A stretch of DNA of 63,788 bases, counting the filler, from Phoronis australis (lineage: Eukaryota; Animalia; Phoronida): NCBI GenBank assembly GCA_002633005.1. It is 13 parts of 13 records of this genome, joined end to end, with 100 filler letters (N's around TTAATTAATTAA, not from the genome) between each part and the next. Parts side by side here need not be neighbours in the genome. Positions count along the whole stretch, not along the records: positions 1 to 2,571 come from NMRA01003596.1; positions 2,672 to 6,505 come from NMRA01002815.1; positions 6,606 to 9,445 come from NMRA01003389.1; positions 9,546 to 12,170 come from NMRA01003546.1; positions 12,271 to 15,096 come from NMRA01001269.1; 8 more parts are not named here. The stretch is one strand, 5' to 3'. Below are positions 1 to 13,060 of the stretch, piece after piece. The position numbers and the translations under genes were made by a program. Under the pieces are notes generated by a model, which saw only the letters and a list, made by a program, of their open reading frames with translations, was not told the DNA's origin and ran no database searches. Numbering within the stretch: the stretch's first letter is position 1; every line of letters begins with the position of its first letter.

Positions 1-477
1 TTTGTAACCATTTCTGTTAACCTATCCAACAAAACATTTGTCGTTTTGTACCAGAATACAGCTTGCCAGGTCATCATTACACGTCTGATAGCAGCAGAAC
101 AGGAATGAATGAACATTGGACATGCTTTGTAACAAACATGATTTCTAAGAGAAAAGTAGTACGGTAACTTAAAAAACGGGACAAAAGTCACTGTCTGGTA
201 AATTTTTTCAAGTTCCTTAAGCAGTACATGCTTAAAAATGCTACTTTAAAAGGCCAGAATAGTCTAGGCATGTTCAAGATAAGTTATAACACATGACAAG
301 GTGTCCAGGCATGTGTCACCCATCAACAAATATACTGTCGACTTCCTCAAATATTGGTCACTGACCAGTAGCAGCTATCCGTTCAAAATTATTGAAAAAA
401 TAACCCCACTCTGACCGGCACCAGCAACAATGCTCGGTCCATATATAACTCAATATTTCCCTAGCAGTTCATATTTA

Positions 478-1842
478 CCGTAATCGTTCGGGTTAACGCC
501 CATGCTCAGTTAACCGCCCACCCCTACTTTAGGTGGATTTTCGATTTAACCGCCCACTGCTCGGTTAACCGCCCCCCTGCTATTTTTTGAAGATTTCCAA
601 TTAAGCGCCCACCTCTCGGTTAAGCGCCCATCCCCTACTTTTGACGATTGGTGATTACCGCCCTGTGCTAATAGGAAACGCGAATCCCCGACCTTTTAGA
701 TTAAGATCGATGATAACATTGAGTGCAACGACGGCCTCAGAGACCGCGGTTTAGCAATGTGAATTATGATACCAGTAACAAATTATTGTAACGGGTCATC
801 GATTAACTTCAAAATGTAATACTTGAACACTTTGTCACTTTCTTTTCTTCTCATGTTCGCAAACTTTAGGAACCGCGCTGGCGTCTACACCTCNNNNNNN
901 NNNNNNNNNNNNNNNNNNNNNNNNNNNNNNNNNNNNNNNNNNNNNNNNNNNNNNNNNNNNNNNNNNNNNNNNNNNNNNNNNNNNNNNNNNNNNNNNNNNN
1001 NNNNNNNNNNNNNNNNNNNNNNNNNNNNNNNNNNNNNNNNNNNNNNNNNNNNNNNNNNNNNNNNNNNNNNNNNNNNNNNNNNNNNNNNNNNNNNNNNNNN
1101 NNNNNNNNNNNNNNNNNNNNNNNNNNNNNNNNNNNNNNNNNNNNNNNNNNNNNNNNNNNNNNNNNNNNNNNNNNNNNNNNNNNNNNNNNNNNNNNNNNNN
1201 NNNNNNNNNNNNNNNNNNNNNNNNNNNNNNNNNNNNNNNNNNNNNNNNNNNNNNNNNNNNNNNNNNNNNNNNNNNNNNNNNNNNNNNNNNNNNNNNNNNN
1301 NNNNNNNNNNNNNNNNNNNNNNNNNNNNNNNNNNNNNNNNNNNNNNNNNNNNNNNNNNNNNNNNNNNNNNNNNNNNNNNNNNNNNNNNNNNNNNNNNNNN
1401 NNNNNNNNNNNNNNNNNNNNNNNNNNNNNNNNNNNNNNNNNNNNNNNNNNNNNNNNNNNNNNNNNNNNNNNNNNNNNNNNNNNNNNNNNNNNNNNNNNNN
1501 NNNNNNNNNNNNNNNNNNNNNNNNNNNNNNNNNNNNNNNNNNNNNNNNNNNNNNNNNNNNNNNNNNNNNNNNNNNNNNNNNNNNNNNNNNNNNNNNNNNN
1601 NNNNNNNNNNNNNNNNNNNNNNNNNNNNNNNNNNNNNNNNNNNNNNNNNNNNNNNNNNNNNNNNNNNNNNNNNNNNNNNNNNNNNNNNNNNNNNNNNNNN
1701 NNNNNNNNNNNNNNNNNNNNNNNNNCCCCCCCCGATTTCTTGAAATTTCACGTTTAAGCGCCCATGTCTGGTTAACCGCCCACCCCCGATTTTTTGGGCT
1801 CGCCAATTTAACTGCCCAGGGCGTTAACCCGAACGATTACGG
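478..1842. mobile_element. Non-autonomous Tc1/mariner-pogo-type DNA transposon (MITE family A), copy 1, spanning an N gap
   Basis: TIR CCGTAATCGTTCGGGTTAACGCCC at 478 and its inverse GGGCGTTAACCCGAACGATTACGG ending at 1842; TA on both sides (476-477, 1843-1844); repeated subterminal GTTAACCGCCC motifs; closely similar to 48735-49770. Confidence 0.85.
894..1725. other. Assembly gap (N run)
   Basis: Continuous N run inside MITE copy 1. Confidence 0.99.
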
Positions 1843-2571
1843 TATTAACAGTTCCTTGCAGTTGTAACATAGTCTCCAAAGGGCTACTTCCACTGCTGTA
1901 TTTTGGAAAGTTAAACAATTCAGTATTCCACACGACGGTAAGTCACTTAACACAGCAGCATTCAGAGAGAGGCTAAAAAATTTATAGCAATCAGAGTGAT
2001 GCTTCATGTGAACAGGCCAACGCTATGGTAACTGGACATTCTGTGAGGATGTTTTAGCAAGCATATAACAACTTGAATTAATTTATAAGAGTTTCAGAGT
2101 CACAAGCCCACAGTAAGTGCAAATACATCAAGTCTGATCAGTACTACCAAATGCGCCTTAGCTAAAATCCCAGGTGGCCAAATGAAAACTGAGGTCGTCA
2201 AAACCTAAGGTCAAAAGTCGCCGACTAAAAAGTCGTGCCGTTGTCAACAAGCATTATTACAAAATTTACGCATACCTCTTCCATTTCTCACGTGAATACA
2301 CACCATTCAATCTCTAACTCAATTTCTCATACCAACCGAGAACGCAGACGATCGGATATACTAATCGATCTTGCCCCCTTTTTGCCAAACAATTCAGAAT
2401 TCCGTGGTATGTTTACTTCCTGTTGTCAGTAAAGTGCTTGTTGAAATGTGCTGACTGCTTAGGAGAGCAAATTCACTCATTGATTTCACCAAATAAAGGA
2501 AGCAATACTGTAACAAAAGTATTGAATCTTGGGAAAAAGTTACTGTCAAGTTAAGAAGTCACCACAAATTT

Positions 2572-2671
2572 NNNNNNNNNNNNNNNNNNNNNNNNNNNNN
2601 NNNNNNNNNNNNNNNTTAATTAATTAANNNNNNNNNNNNNNNNNNNNNNNNNNNNNNNNNNNNNNNNNNNN
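2572..2671. other. Artificial contig linker N44-TTAATTAATTAA-N44 (first of 12)
   Basis: Identical 100-bp linkers with stops in all six frames at 2572, 6506, 9446, 12171, 15097, 41283, 43633, 46478, 51083, 55049, 57870 and 61401. Confidence 0.97.
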
Positions 2672-3308
2672 ACCTGTAGGTCATAGAGATGAAGTTTTGT
2701 CAGTCTAACGTAACACTCCTTCAATTGTTTACCAATAAGTTTACCGTTATCTTTTAACCCAAAACTCTTTTTTTCATTCTTTTTCCAGTTAATACATTCA
2801 TTTACCCAGAAATCTGAATAAGACTGTAGTTCACATTAGCAGTAAACAAACACATACTATAACTCTATTGTGCATTTAACTTGATTGTAAATTTGTCAAA
2901 TAATAACAAACAAAATTTTTAATCTTCCATTTCAGCAAACTTGTTTACAGTCATTTATACTTTGTTTAAACATACATTTTAGGGAAAATTAAGATTTATG
3001 TAAAATTAAAGCCCCAGGCAGCACCATCTCTGAAACCACCATTTTGGTTCATGTTTGTGGTGGAACACAGCGTTTTGTATTTTAATACAAGTTAGCATTG
3101 CGAATTACACAATGTCATGATAAAACTATGAACTGAATGGAGTTCATTGTTTCAATGGATTGATTTGAAGTTTGTGATTGCATTTCCACTATTATTATTT
3201 ACGCGACAGTACTAAATGCATTAAACCCTTCCTCTGATTTATTCTCTGCATATGACCAAGCTGTAAGTCTTTTTACAAACTAGAACAATGCATGGAGTTA
3301 GCTCAAAC

Positions 3309-5790
3309 CTTCTCTTCTTCTGTGTATCCGTGCACATCAATCATTTCCATTCTGTCCAACAGGGGGCCCGGTATACCCTGAATGCTGTTGGCTGTGGCAA
3401 TGAACAAAACTTGAGAAAGATCGAATGGAACATTGAGGTAGCTGGTGAAGCATTAAGGAGCCTGTACAAAGGCACTTGATATTTGACAAGAATTTATATA
3501 TCTACTACAATTCCACAATTACGAGATAAATGCCGCCGGGATAATCATAACATTTTGCACACAACAAACGCAAGGCGATCATTTATATTAATGATAAATC
3601 CAACAATCTTGATAATTACTGATTCTGTTGATTTCCAAACAAACAAAATGCATATCAAACTCTCTAGAATGGGTGGTTCTAAACAGATTTCTGTCTAATG
3701 ATTAATAGTCTTAACTTCCCACACAAATGTCTCAATTTCAGCATCATGGCATGTTTGTGCGATTAAAATGAACTACAAGCCCTCGGAATGCCAATCCTAC
3801 TACAACACCCTACCACATTATGAGAGTAAGCCAAGATGGTGTACAGGAGTACAGTCCACCCTCGCTTTCGACATAAATTATGATATTAAGCGGGACATTA
3901 CATTAAAGTTATATGGGACCTTGTCTACTAGTCTGTATTTGCCAAAATATTTACAAAACTCAAGAGTAAAGTATATATTTTCTGAAAGTAGAATTTAATG
4001 TTTGACCTTTATACCAATCTGCCATTAATTGGGTCGCGGGACCATGCCATTTTAGTAAAATTTAGCAAAAAGAAAGGTACAGTCAACGCGAAACAACGGT
4101 ATCAATAGCATGATCGACTAAATCTCTGTACAAACCAGAGACTGAATGCAGTCGAGATCTTTCAAAATTAACAATATTCAGGAATATGACAAGAAAAAAT
4201 CATGACATTTTATTAGTTATTTTACATTGGGTTTAATGAGAAATGACTTCTGGCATTTCAAGACAATAACTGGGATATCCTGTTATTATCTGGTATTAAA
4301 GTGGGCTCCACTATATGTGAACATTGAACAAGGATACTGGTCGGTGAATGTGTGGTTCTGCTCGGGGTCAAGAACTTCCAGCAAGGCTGCGGCAGGGTCG
4401 CCGTGCAAACTCTTACCCTGAAAAATAAACACAAACCGTGTTATACTGTACACAGTAAGGTTACTGCCTACATTGGACAAAAAGCCATCCCCAGATTTTT
4501 CAACAATTTTTAGACAATTTAAATACCTTCTAAGGTTTTGTTATTTTAGGCCTAACCGTTCCTCCTTAAAGTCTTGGGTGTACACTAAAACAATAAAAAA
4601 ATTAATCAAAGACATACCATTTTGTCCACCTCATCTAGTAAAAACACAGGGTTGTTAACGCCGACTGTTTTGAGTCCCTGAATAATCCGCCCTGGCATTG
4701 AGCCAATGTAGGTTCTTCTGTGACCACGAATGTCTGACTGATCACACACGCCACCCAGTGAGATCCTGTGAAACAAATGACTGCTAGGCTAGAATTCTAC
4801 AGTACACGTCACAAATTATCACACAAAATGACCAGGGATTTGGCAAGCAGAATTTCCAGTAACAGACACTTAGTTGCTTCCTGTATTTTGAGAACCAATA
4901 TTCTCCACTAAATAACAGGCGTCAAACTGGTTCTCAAAATGCATGACTCCTGTAAATGACTATAACAGTAGCCAGGACTGGGATACGGAATTTTATTAGT
5001 TTACTTATCGAATGAACTATATGCAACCTTGTCACACCAAAATGCCAACTGAATCAGCTGCTATAAATCCGTATATTGTGCAAGAACTAACTTTTGACTT
5101 AGATCATTTAACACTATAAACGTGATCTCAAATTGTTCCTCACTCAGACAAGAAGCGATTTTTTGTTTTGCAAAGAATTGACAGTTAATTGTTGCTCATG
5201 ACCATGCTCAGTGTAAACAAGAACACATCGCGATGAGACAACTTGTATAGTCTGGTCTCAAGTAGTAACTAAATGTCATCTCTCTCCAATCTCACAAATT
5301 ACATCTATATTGACTGAGAAACAAATTGAGACCAACCTCATAACCGTAAGAGGATTACATCAAAAGTTGTTTTTTGTGATGGAAGGCGTATTTAAAACAG
5401 CTTTAAGTAAAGAGTAGTGGGAATGCTTAGCAATTTCCAAAATATGGTACAGTTTGAATCAAGTCTTTTTACGCTACGTACAAAGCCAGGAATAATAGAA
5501 AATGTTTGTGTGGGCAGACTCACATTGTTTTCAATAGATTCAAACTGTCAAATGATGGCAATAACTTATCGACAAGTTGTGAAACTTAGCTACATACTAC
5601 AAACCTGTGGAACTCTCGACCCAGTGTGCTTGCTATTGACTTCCCAACACTCGTCTTACCCACACCAGGGGGTCCCACAAAGCACAGGATGGGACCCTTA
5701 AGCGAGTTCTTTAACTGGCGAACAGCCAAATACTCGAGGACACGCTTTTTCAAGTGGTCAAGGCCAAAGTGGTCTTGGTCTAGTTGTTTC
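3309..5790 (-). CDS. LONP2: Peroxisomal Lon protease, partial (AAA+ domain, 4 exons)
   Basis: GT-AG exons 5605-5790 ([62 protein letters not shown], Walker A), 4618-4765 ([49 protein letters not shown], Walker B), 4338-4417 ([27 protein letters not shown]) and 3309-3441 ([44 protein letters not shown]). Phases join in frame; the sequence closely matches LONP2 as recalled. Confidence 0.95.
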
Positions 5791-7013
5791 CTGGAAAAGT
5801 AGACGTGTGCGAGATTAAACAGTCAACCTCTACATATTGCAATCTAAAATAATGTACGCATTGAAACAAAGTTTGTCTTAAATTTGAGATAACAAAAAAC
5901 AGACCTTTTAACATTCAGGGTTACTGCAATAAAATCTCACCAATTTTGGATAAAATTGATCTTTTTCGTTTTCAAAAATTTTTAATGTTGTTGCGAATGC
6001 TCACAACTTCTCAAAATATTACCAGTAGGTATGGTATAGAAAACTGCATCTATTTGATACTAGTTTAATATATTCATGAAAAAATTAGATGTCACTTGTC
6101 TCTCATATTGTATCCTAAACTGGTGAGACTTTACCATACATGGTCTCTAGGGGTGCCCTTAAATAACAATTCCATTCCACTCACCCTACCATAACTGCTT
6201 GAACATGGGTATGCTGGTAGGTAAAATATTCAAGATTTATTTTTAATTTCCACTTTTCATTGTTGGGGGCATACTAATTTTTGTTGCCACTGATATTTAC
6301 ATATTTACAAATGAAAAATTCTTTTGTCCAATTTAAAATAAACTACTAAATTGCCAGCCACGTACATTTTTCCAGTCATTCAGGCAATGGGAAACGAAAC
6401 TTATTTCAAGTAATGCCTAAATTTTTTTAATGTTACGAGACCCGTACATGACAATATTACCCAACAAAAAGATACTTACTGCACCAGCAGAAGACAAGAA
6501 AAGGCNNNNNNNNNNNNNNNNNNNNNNNNNNNNNNNNNNNNNNNNNNNNTTAATTAATTAANNNNNNNNNNNNNNNNNNNNNNNNNNNNNNNNNNNNNNN
6601 NNNNNCCCCCCCCCCCCCGATTTTTAGATGAGGAATTTATCACTTTTTTAATTGGTAATTATTTCATTTTCAGAAATTCTGTCAAACTGCTGCGCATTGG
6701 CACTTTTCAAACAGCAGTCGTTAGTTCACTAAGTCGCCGCATGTCAGCGCCACCAGCGGCTACGTTGAAGTTTAATGGCATCGCAACTTCACCGTTCGAA
6801 ATAAAGTTGTTACAAAGTTTTTGTTGCGTAAATGATGAAATCCTTCATGTTAAAGAGTGATTTGTTTTCCCAAATGGTCTTTTGTCAACTTTTTGATGTT
6901 TTATGCCATGATACGATCTAATAGTACATGGGATCCAGCACTGAAGTGGGGGAGCTATAGCCTCCCCCAACCCCGTCACTGTCAGGCAATGATGTTGCCC
7001 ATGTAGTAGTATT

Positions 7014-7171
7014 CAGGGGCAGATCTAGGATTTTTAGATAGGAGGGGGGCAGGGCAGAATATTATGCAGGATTTTACCTGTAAGATATTTGCACCCTCAA
7101 ACTGCCAAATGAAGTTTTAGGAGGGCCACGGGCCAGCTAGGCCCCCTTGCCCCCCCCCAAATCCACCAATG
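7014..7171 (-). mobile_element. Short hAT-type MITE (same family as 10241-10400), diverged
   Basis: Ends CAGGGGCAGATCT and AAATCCACCAATG; resembles the reverse complement of 10241-10400. Confidence 0.6.
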
Positions 7172-7621
7172 TGATCTTGTGATTTGATGTGAAATTTCCT
7201 CCTAGCTCGGATGTATTTATTTCTGAGCTGATGTGGTGTCTTTGCTCTTTACCTTTTAAGCTGTGTAATCCATTGTTTTCATCAAACATGATGAGCCTGT
7301 TCTATATGCTATAACAACACACTTAAACAGCAATATCTCTGTAGAAATCTATCCAAATTTTATATAATACANTACCACCATGTTTGTCTCAATTAGACGA
7401 ATCTTTTTATATGCAGCGCATGTATATTCTTTTATTTTTTACGAAATTATGTAAAAAGGCAGATATTTTACGCATAATCGTCGAGTTTCAACGGCCATTT
7501 TCTCGTCAACCGCTCATCCAATTTTTCTGATTTTTGTATCATTTCATTTCTCACACCAAGGGCTTTTCAAAAATGTATGACACATGGGTATTGTAAAAAA
7601 AATTAAAAAAACGTTGTCCTC

Positions 7622-7905
7622 CCTACCAACTACGCCATTTGTAGTAATAGCCGAGATTACCCGACCCGGGGATCGAACCCGCGACCCCCATAAAACCAGC
7701 AAGCATGCTAACCATTCAGCCAATAGGCAATTGCCCGTTAGCGAGTAACTAACAGAGGCTCATATAATTCACCGGAAGCACATCTACAACGCAGGTTTAA
7801 AAGGATAGTGGACGTCACTTCAGAGGTTGGTTAACAGTCATACGCTGTATGATACAGGCGTCCTCAGCTTCTGACCGTCCCCAATACACTATATAGAATA
7901 CTACA
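7622..7905 (-). mobile_element. LTR (7640-7905) with internal tRNA-like Pol III promoter, followed by a tRNA-Ser PBS (Helenus-like TRIM remnant)
   Basis: On the minus strand it begins TGTAGTA and ends TACTACA, then AA plus TGGCGTAGTTGGTAGG (14/16 match to TGGCGTAGTCGGCAGG, the complement of the tRNA-Ser 3' end). Internal A box TGGCTGAATGG and B box GGTTCGATCCC. Confidence 0.65.
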
Positions 7906-8115
7906 AGGTATGAGACTCTGGACTGGAAGGACTGCTTAAAGAAAAAGTTTGATTACTAGAGTAGTTGTTCCAGATGGAAGGAACTAAAGACATTGATGTC
8001 CTCCTAAGGTATCCCTTTATGCGCAAAAGGTACTTATAACAATGTGACTTTTGAGCTTCACTGTCTTGGGTCCAGATAGAGACGGTGGTCGCTGTCTGTT
8101 TGCCGAGATGTGGAT

Positions 8116-8198
8116 AGCACATATCCGCCAGCTTTCAATACCTCCAAGTCCTGTGTGCCATAGCACATATCCGCCAGCTCTCAATACCTCCAAGTCCA
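8116..8198. repeat. 45-bp-period tandem duplication
   Basis: TAGCACATATCCGCCAGCT(T/C)TCAATACCTCCAAGTCC occurs at 8116 and 8161. Confidence 0.85.
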
Positions 8199-10002
8199 AC
8201 TGGCAACACTAACAGATGTGTAAGAGAAAGTTACTCACCCATTGGTTGGTCGTCCTTACCTCTGGATATGCACCAATGACCGCTCTCCAAGTTACTCAAT
8301 ACTCAATAGTCTCACACCAGTTTTCATGTCCAAGCTCCCATTCCCACTACCGACTATGACTGTATAATAGTCGTAGTCGGTCGTCGCAGACACTCAGTTT
8401 TTTACATAGTCGTTGCTACAGCCTTGTTGTTATCAGTTTGACAGTGATTTCAAGGGGAGAAAGCGGGCAAACCAATGTTTACATTGTTTAGATCTCTCAT
8501 TGTCTGTGTTCATCTGATAAGTTCACATTATGCAGCAATTATATTCATTGTAAACATTGCGCCTGGTGCTAAATGGTATTTAAAAATACACCATACAACA
8601 ATAGTTACCTGTGGCTAGTCGGCTTGTGGCTAAGTTTTTGAGTAACTGGTGTTATAAGTTGGCATAGCTGTTCAATTTGATGCGTTTCAAGCTGACCACC
8701 CATAATCGTGGTACGTACCAACTAGCCAAGGGCGGGAACATTTTTGGTGAATTGCAGAAACCCTTACTTTTGGGACTGTCAACGTCGGATGCAATGTAAA
8801 CAAATCCTTATTAGGGCGAGTGTAACCTGAAAAATATCGGCTTAAGTAAATCAATTCTTTCGTTATGCAAATGAGCTAGTCTGCGCATGTCCAGGTGTGA
8901 GGTTGACTGCAATTGCTCCCCAGGAAAAAAGGTGAGTCGGAATAAATTTCAAAGTTTTTGAGTTATGTTAATTAATATGTAATCCTGACAAAAATATAAT
9001 TAACATAATCAACACATGGCTTTTTAATATTATTACGAAAACTGAAAATTTTTCCAGTAAATTTATCACAATTGTGTCACATTGTGAGTTCATAAGCTTG
9101 AAATTTCCTGCTTGACATCTTTCAGTTGCTGAATACAGCTGTGTTTATGAATAATGTTCTAAATTAAGTACGTGATATCCAACGTTACTTTGAATGACAC
9201 AAAAGTGACAAAGGTGCTGAATGGGTCTTTTTATTATAATGCCTGTGCAACCAAGAAAACCATGCAAACCAACTCATCTGAAGAGATAACATTAATAATG
9301 CACCAGATACTTTGTTGAAAATATTTAAATTTGTACCATTGGTAGATATTTGTGATTGGCTATAGTCGCAGGGGTCACAGATTTTGAGCCCCTGTTATTA
9401 CGGTACTGCTGTGTTCGGAAGTGTAATTTGTAGATCATTGTGGTANNNNNNNNNNNNNNNNNNNNNNNNNNNNNNNNNNNNNNNNNNNNTTAATTAATTA
9501 ANNNNNNNNNNNNNNNNNNNNNNNNNNNNNNNNNNNNNNNNNNNNGTCTACTGTGATAATATAGAACGAATACTGGCATCAAGAAACCCCGTGCTTTTCT
9601 GTCAGTGGTCGTCTCCATGAAGATGTAACATATGAAGAGTTATAAAGACAGACGCTTTGAAGGAGGTAAAATCTGAAGATTGAGTATGTAAAAAGTGCCA
9701 AATCTAATATAATGAGATACTTGCCAAATTTCGCTCAAACCCTTTCCCAAGACAATTAATAGAAAACTGCATTTCCCTAACCTCGATGAATATCTATAGA
9801 ATTAAATAGTCAAATATAGCTAACAAATCAGAGGGCCGGCCAGTCCTTCCAAAGTTTGACTGCTTCAGTAAACTTCCAAGCTATCATGACAAGAAAATTT
9901 TTAAGTGCAATGCCACAGTTTTAATTGAAATCAGCATATTTCTTGAGTTTAAGTTTGAGCTATAGGTCAAAAAGGAAGCATAGTTTTAAATTATAGATTT
10001 AC

Positions 10003-12170
10003 CGTTTGTATGTGTCTCTTTCATTGAGCAACAACTCTGTATAGACATCAGGCATTCTTCTCAGCAGTTCTCCTGACCAAGGAAGAGGGTTGATCCTGTG
10101 AAACTGCTCCTCGTATCGTTGGGCCAGTTCCTTCTGTATGGCAGTCAGAATGTCCTCGTGGGAAACGCCAGTAGGGCTGGCCGGCGGACCTGTTGAATGA
10201 AAGCGAGGTCTTACGAATATTTCGAAATCAGGAGGTGGTGCAGTGGCGGATTTAGAGGGGGGCCAAGGGGGCCATGGCCCCCTCTAAAATCCTCCTAGTT
10301 TACATTTGTCAGATGGGGGGGTGCGAATGTCTGACGGGCAAAATCCTGGCTAATACTCTGCCATGGCTCCCCCTAACTCAAAATCCTTGATCCGCCCTTG
10401 TGGTGTACTTTAGTCTGGTATTTTCGTGGCTAAGTCAATACATATACGATTGAACGAGTTCAATGCAGGGCCCTGCGATTTGTGTTTGATGATTTTTCTA
10501 GCTCATATGAGACACAATTATTGAGAGTTAATCTACCTACTCTAGAGCTTGGTACACATTCTAAAAGAAGCTTTTAAAATTTTAACCTTGTCACCCCCAT
10601 TTCAACGGGACATTCTCACAATTCGCAGGACCCCATATAATTTACGATCATCCAACAGGACTAACATTCCTCAGTGCAGAACCACTCGTTACGCTCCGCG
10701 ATCTATGAGAGTCTATGGCTCTAATTTGTGGAACTCTTTATCAGAGGAGGCGAGATCGAGCTCAGATTTAAATACTTTTGTGCCATATGCCAGCCCATGG
10801 ACTGAGCCTCCCTGCAATTAAAGTGCAGTGCCTGTGATTTTCTAATTCAAATATATTCTCTCGTATGGTGCTAATTGTTAATTTTGTGTATGGCATTTAA
10901 ATTTTTGTTTTAAGTTCATTATTTATTTCGTGACTTATGTATTTATTTGTCGGTATACTGTTTTCTCTTGTTTTATTTTAGGTGACTATAAACAAATTGA
11001 CTAGACTTCACTTGTGGAAACTACCTTTATGTGCGCCACTAATCGATCTATATTACGAAGGGGCGACCACATATTTTCGCGAAACGGTATAATGTGTATT
11101 GTTAGTAGGCTCATGGTCCTGTATTCGGATTTTTCGCCAATATAGGCCCATCGCAAATCTCTGAACACTTCCAAAGTTTGTAGAGTTCACAAATTGAGTG
11201 TTAACTGGTGTCAAACAAAAACAAGATTTTGTTTCGGCGCACTTTTGAATTTTCTACAATATAAACTTTTGTTAATTGTCTATCTTTTTGTGAATTGTGG
11301 GAAGCGAGATACTACGTGTTAGGCTCACAGGGACTGCGACCAGCAAAGTGTCTCGTGTTACGTCACGAAGGACTGTGGCCAGTAATTGCACTGTTACAAT
11401 ACTGTTGGGATATTAATGACTGGTATATGAGGACTGATCTACAAAACTGTCGTGCGAAACACTTTCATAGTACGTGAACAGTTGGTTCCAGAAGTGGCCA
11501 ACAAGATCGTCGTTCACGGAATATCTTATCAGAGCTTGGAATATCACTATATCGACATAATTTTAGTGTAATAAACTAATAATAAGTCTTCTTTGTGTTA
11601 ATAATGGACTGTTAAATTATACATCCATTACAACTGTATGGGTACTAGCGAGGCGTCAGACCCAGTGCGACACAAAAATGTCGCCGATCGGATGGCTCTT
11701 TAAACGTCTGATCTCCCTTTTGATAAAACGTCGCATCTGAAATTAGACATCTGATCGCGACATAAAACTATACCGTTGCTTAAAGAAAATTTCTAAATGA
11801 ACTACGACACTTTATAGTACTACTAGTATAAGTGTTCAGATAGAAGATGGCCACCATGTGAATCAAACCAACAACTTTGTGGCATATGCCAACGTAATTC
11901 CTTTACCTGCATGGTGAACGTGGGGAGTTTGATCAAGCCGCTCAACCAAGTACTCGCATCCGCCGTGATTAACCAGAATTTCACGAAACTGTGTGTATGC
12001 ATTGGGACCTTTAGTGGGCAATATTTGCAGCAATAATTCATTCTTGTCTTCAGTCAGGTTTCTGGTACGAATTTCTTTTAAATCTCTTTGATTTATGATC
12101 CCCGTGGAGTACAGTTCTTCGATAACATCTTGAGATACATCGGTGATGAGAATTTGGTGATTATGTTGAA
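10003..12170 (-). CDS. CARD-containing NLR-like (probable CARD-NACHT) protein, partial, 2 exons
   Basis: Exon 11907-12170 (cut by contig edge) encodes QHNHQILITDVSQDVIEELYSTGIINQRDLKEIRTRNLTEDKNELLLQILPTKGPNAYTQFREILVNHGGCEYLVERLDQ, with the CARD signature LLxxLPTKGPxAYxxFxxxL. It splices in phase 1 to exon 10003-10189 (GPPASPTGVSHEDILTAIQKELAQRYEEQFHRINPLPWSGELLRRMPDVYTELLLNERDTYKR), which resembles pre-NACHT segments. The NACHT domain itself is not in the contig. Confidence 0.75.
10241..10400 (+). mobile_element. hAT-type MITE with 5-bp TSD (TGGTG)
   Basis: TIRs CAGTGGCGGAT and ATCCGCCCTTG; TGGTG directly flanks both ends. Confidence 0.75.
10500..10990 (+). mobile_element. Decayed CR1/L2-clade LINE 3' fragment
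   Basis: PYNLRSSNRTNIPQCRTTRYAPRSMRVYGSNLWNSLSEEARSSSDLNTF is typical of the ORF2 C-terminus and is followed by a T-rich 3' UTR. Boundaries are approximate. Confidence 0.7.
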
Positions 12171-12344
12171 NNNNNNNNNNNNNNNNNNNNNNNNNNNNNN
12201 NNNNNNNNNNNNNNTTAATTAATTAANNNNNNNNNNNNNNNNNNNNNNNNNNNNNNNNNNNNNNNNNNNNCCCCCCATATTGAAGGCTGGGTGTGAGCAT
12301 GCTGACGGTGCTGTGGACAAAGCGGAATCTGAATTCGCGGCCCC

Positions 12345-13060
12345 GACGAGTAAGTAGATTTGCAGTTTCGTGGCTAATTCACCAACATAATCACGTGCAC
12401 ATTACTTTGGCTCACTAGTATAGTATTTTCCTGACTAGAAGTTTAGTTTCCAACTTTGGCTGGTTTATGTTCGTGATATCTGATCAGTTTCCGAGCCACT
12501 GGTCGGGATAACGAGTCAATCCGGCCGACCGCGACGGGCCTGACCGGGTTCCGAGACACTGGCCAGGATAACGAGCGTATACGGTGTTTAGAACTCAAGA
12601 AAAATCACAATTCTAAACAACACGACTAGGTTCTCCTGTCTGTATTTCACGGAAAAATACTTCGAATTTATCTCCGAAAAGACCCCAAACTCCTGCTAAG
12701 GACCTTATTGGAATGCCGAGCCGTTGTAGGCTACGACCGTGTCCAAATACCAATAAATCCGTAACAGCGAAATAAAACAACACGTTTATATACGAATTCG
12801 GTATATTGTTAAGGGTTTTACATCGAAGTTTGTAAGATTTATTGGTGTAAAACGATGAATTCAAGCGATAAGCTGACACCAGTAACCCGTGTTGTGAACT
12901 GCTGAACAGATTGCGTGTGAAACCAATTACGTCATTGGATAATTTCAAAACCTCAGTCTGCCGTCAGGTGTCAGGTAACGCAACCGCGCGTGCCGTTATG
13001 GAGTAGAACTACTCGATCTAAATTGATACAAATTAGGTTGTTTTTGGGTGCCATGCTCCT
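12345..13060 (-). mobile_element. Kolobok-type DNA transposon end (second copy of the 33687-35302 family)
   Basis: Ends TTGGGTGCCATGCTCCT|TTAA; about 700 bp align by eye with the reverse complement of 33687-34385. Confidence 0.8.

Noticed and set aside
823-1806. Three ~300-aa ORFs
   Set aside because: They consist almost entirely of N-gap codons.
2276-2430. Possible first exon (ATG GAA GAG|GT) on the minus strand
   Set aside because: Too short to support without transcript data.
2616-2627. Recurrent TTAATTAATTAA palindrome
   Set aside because: Synthetic six-frame-stop linker, always embedded in 44+44 Ns.
6479-6505. Strong GTAAGT donor as an upstream LONP2 exon
   Set aside because: The translation does not resemble LONP2 and only ~27 nt precede the linker.
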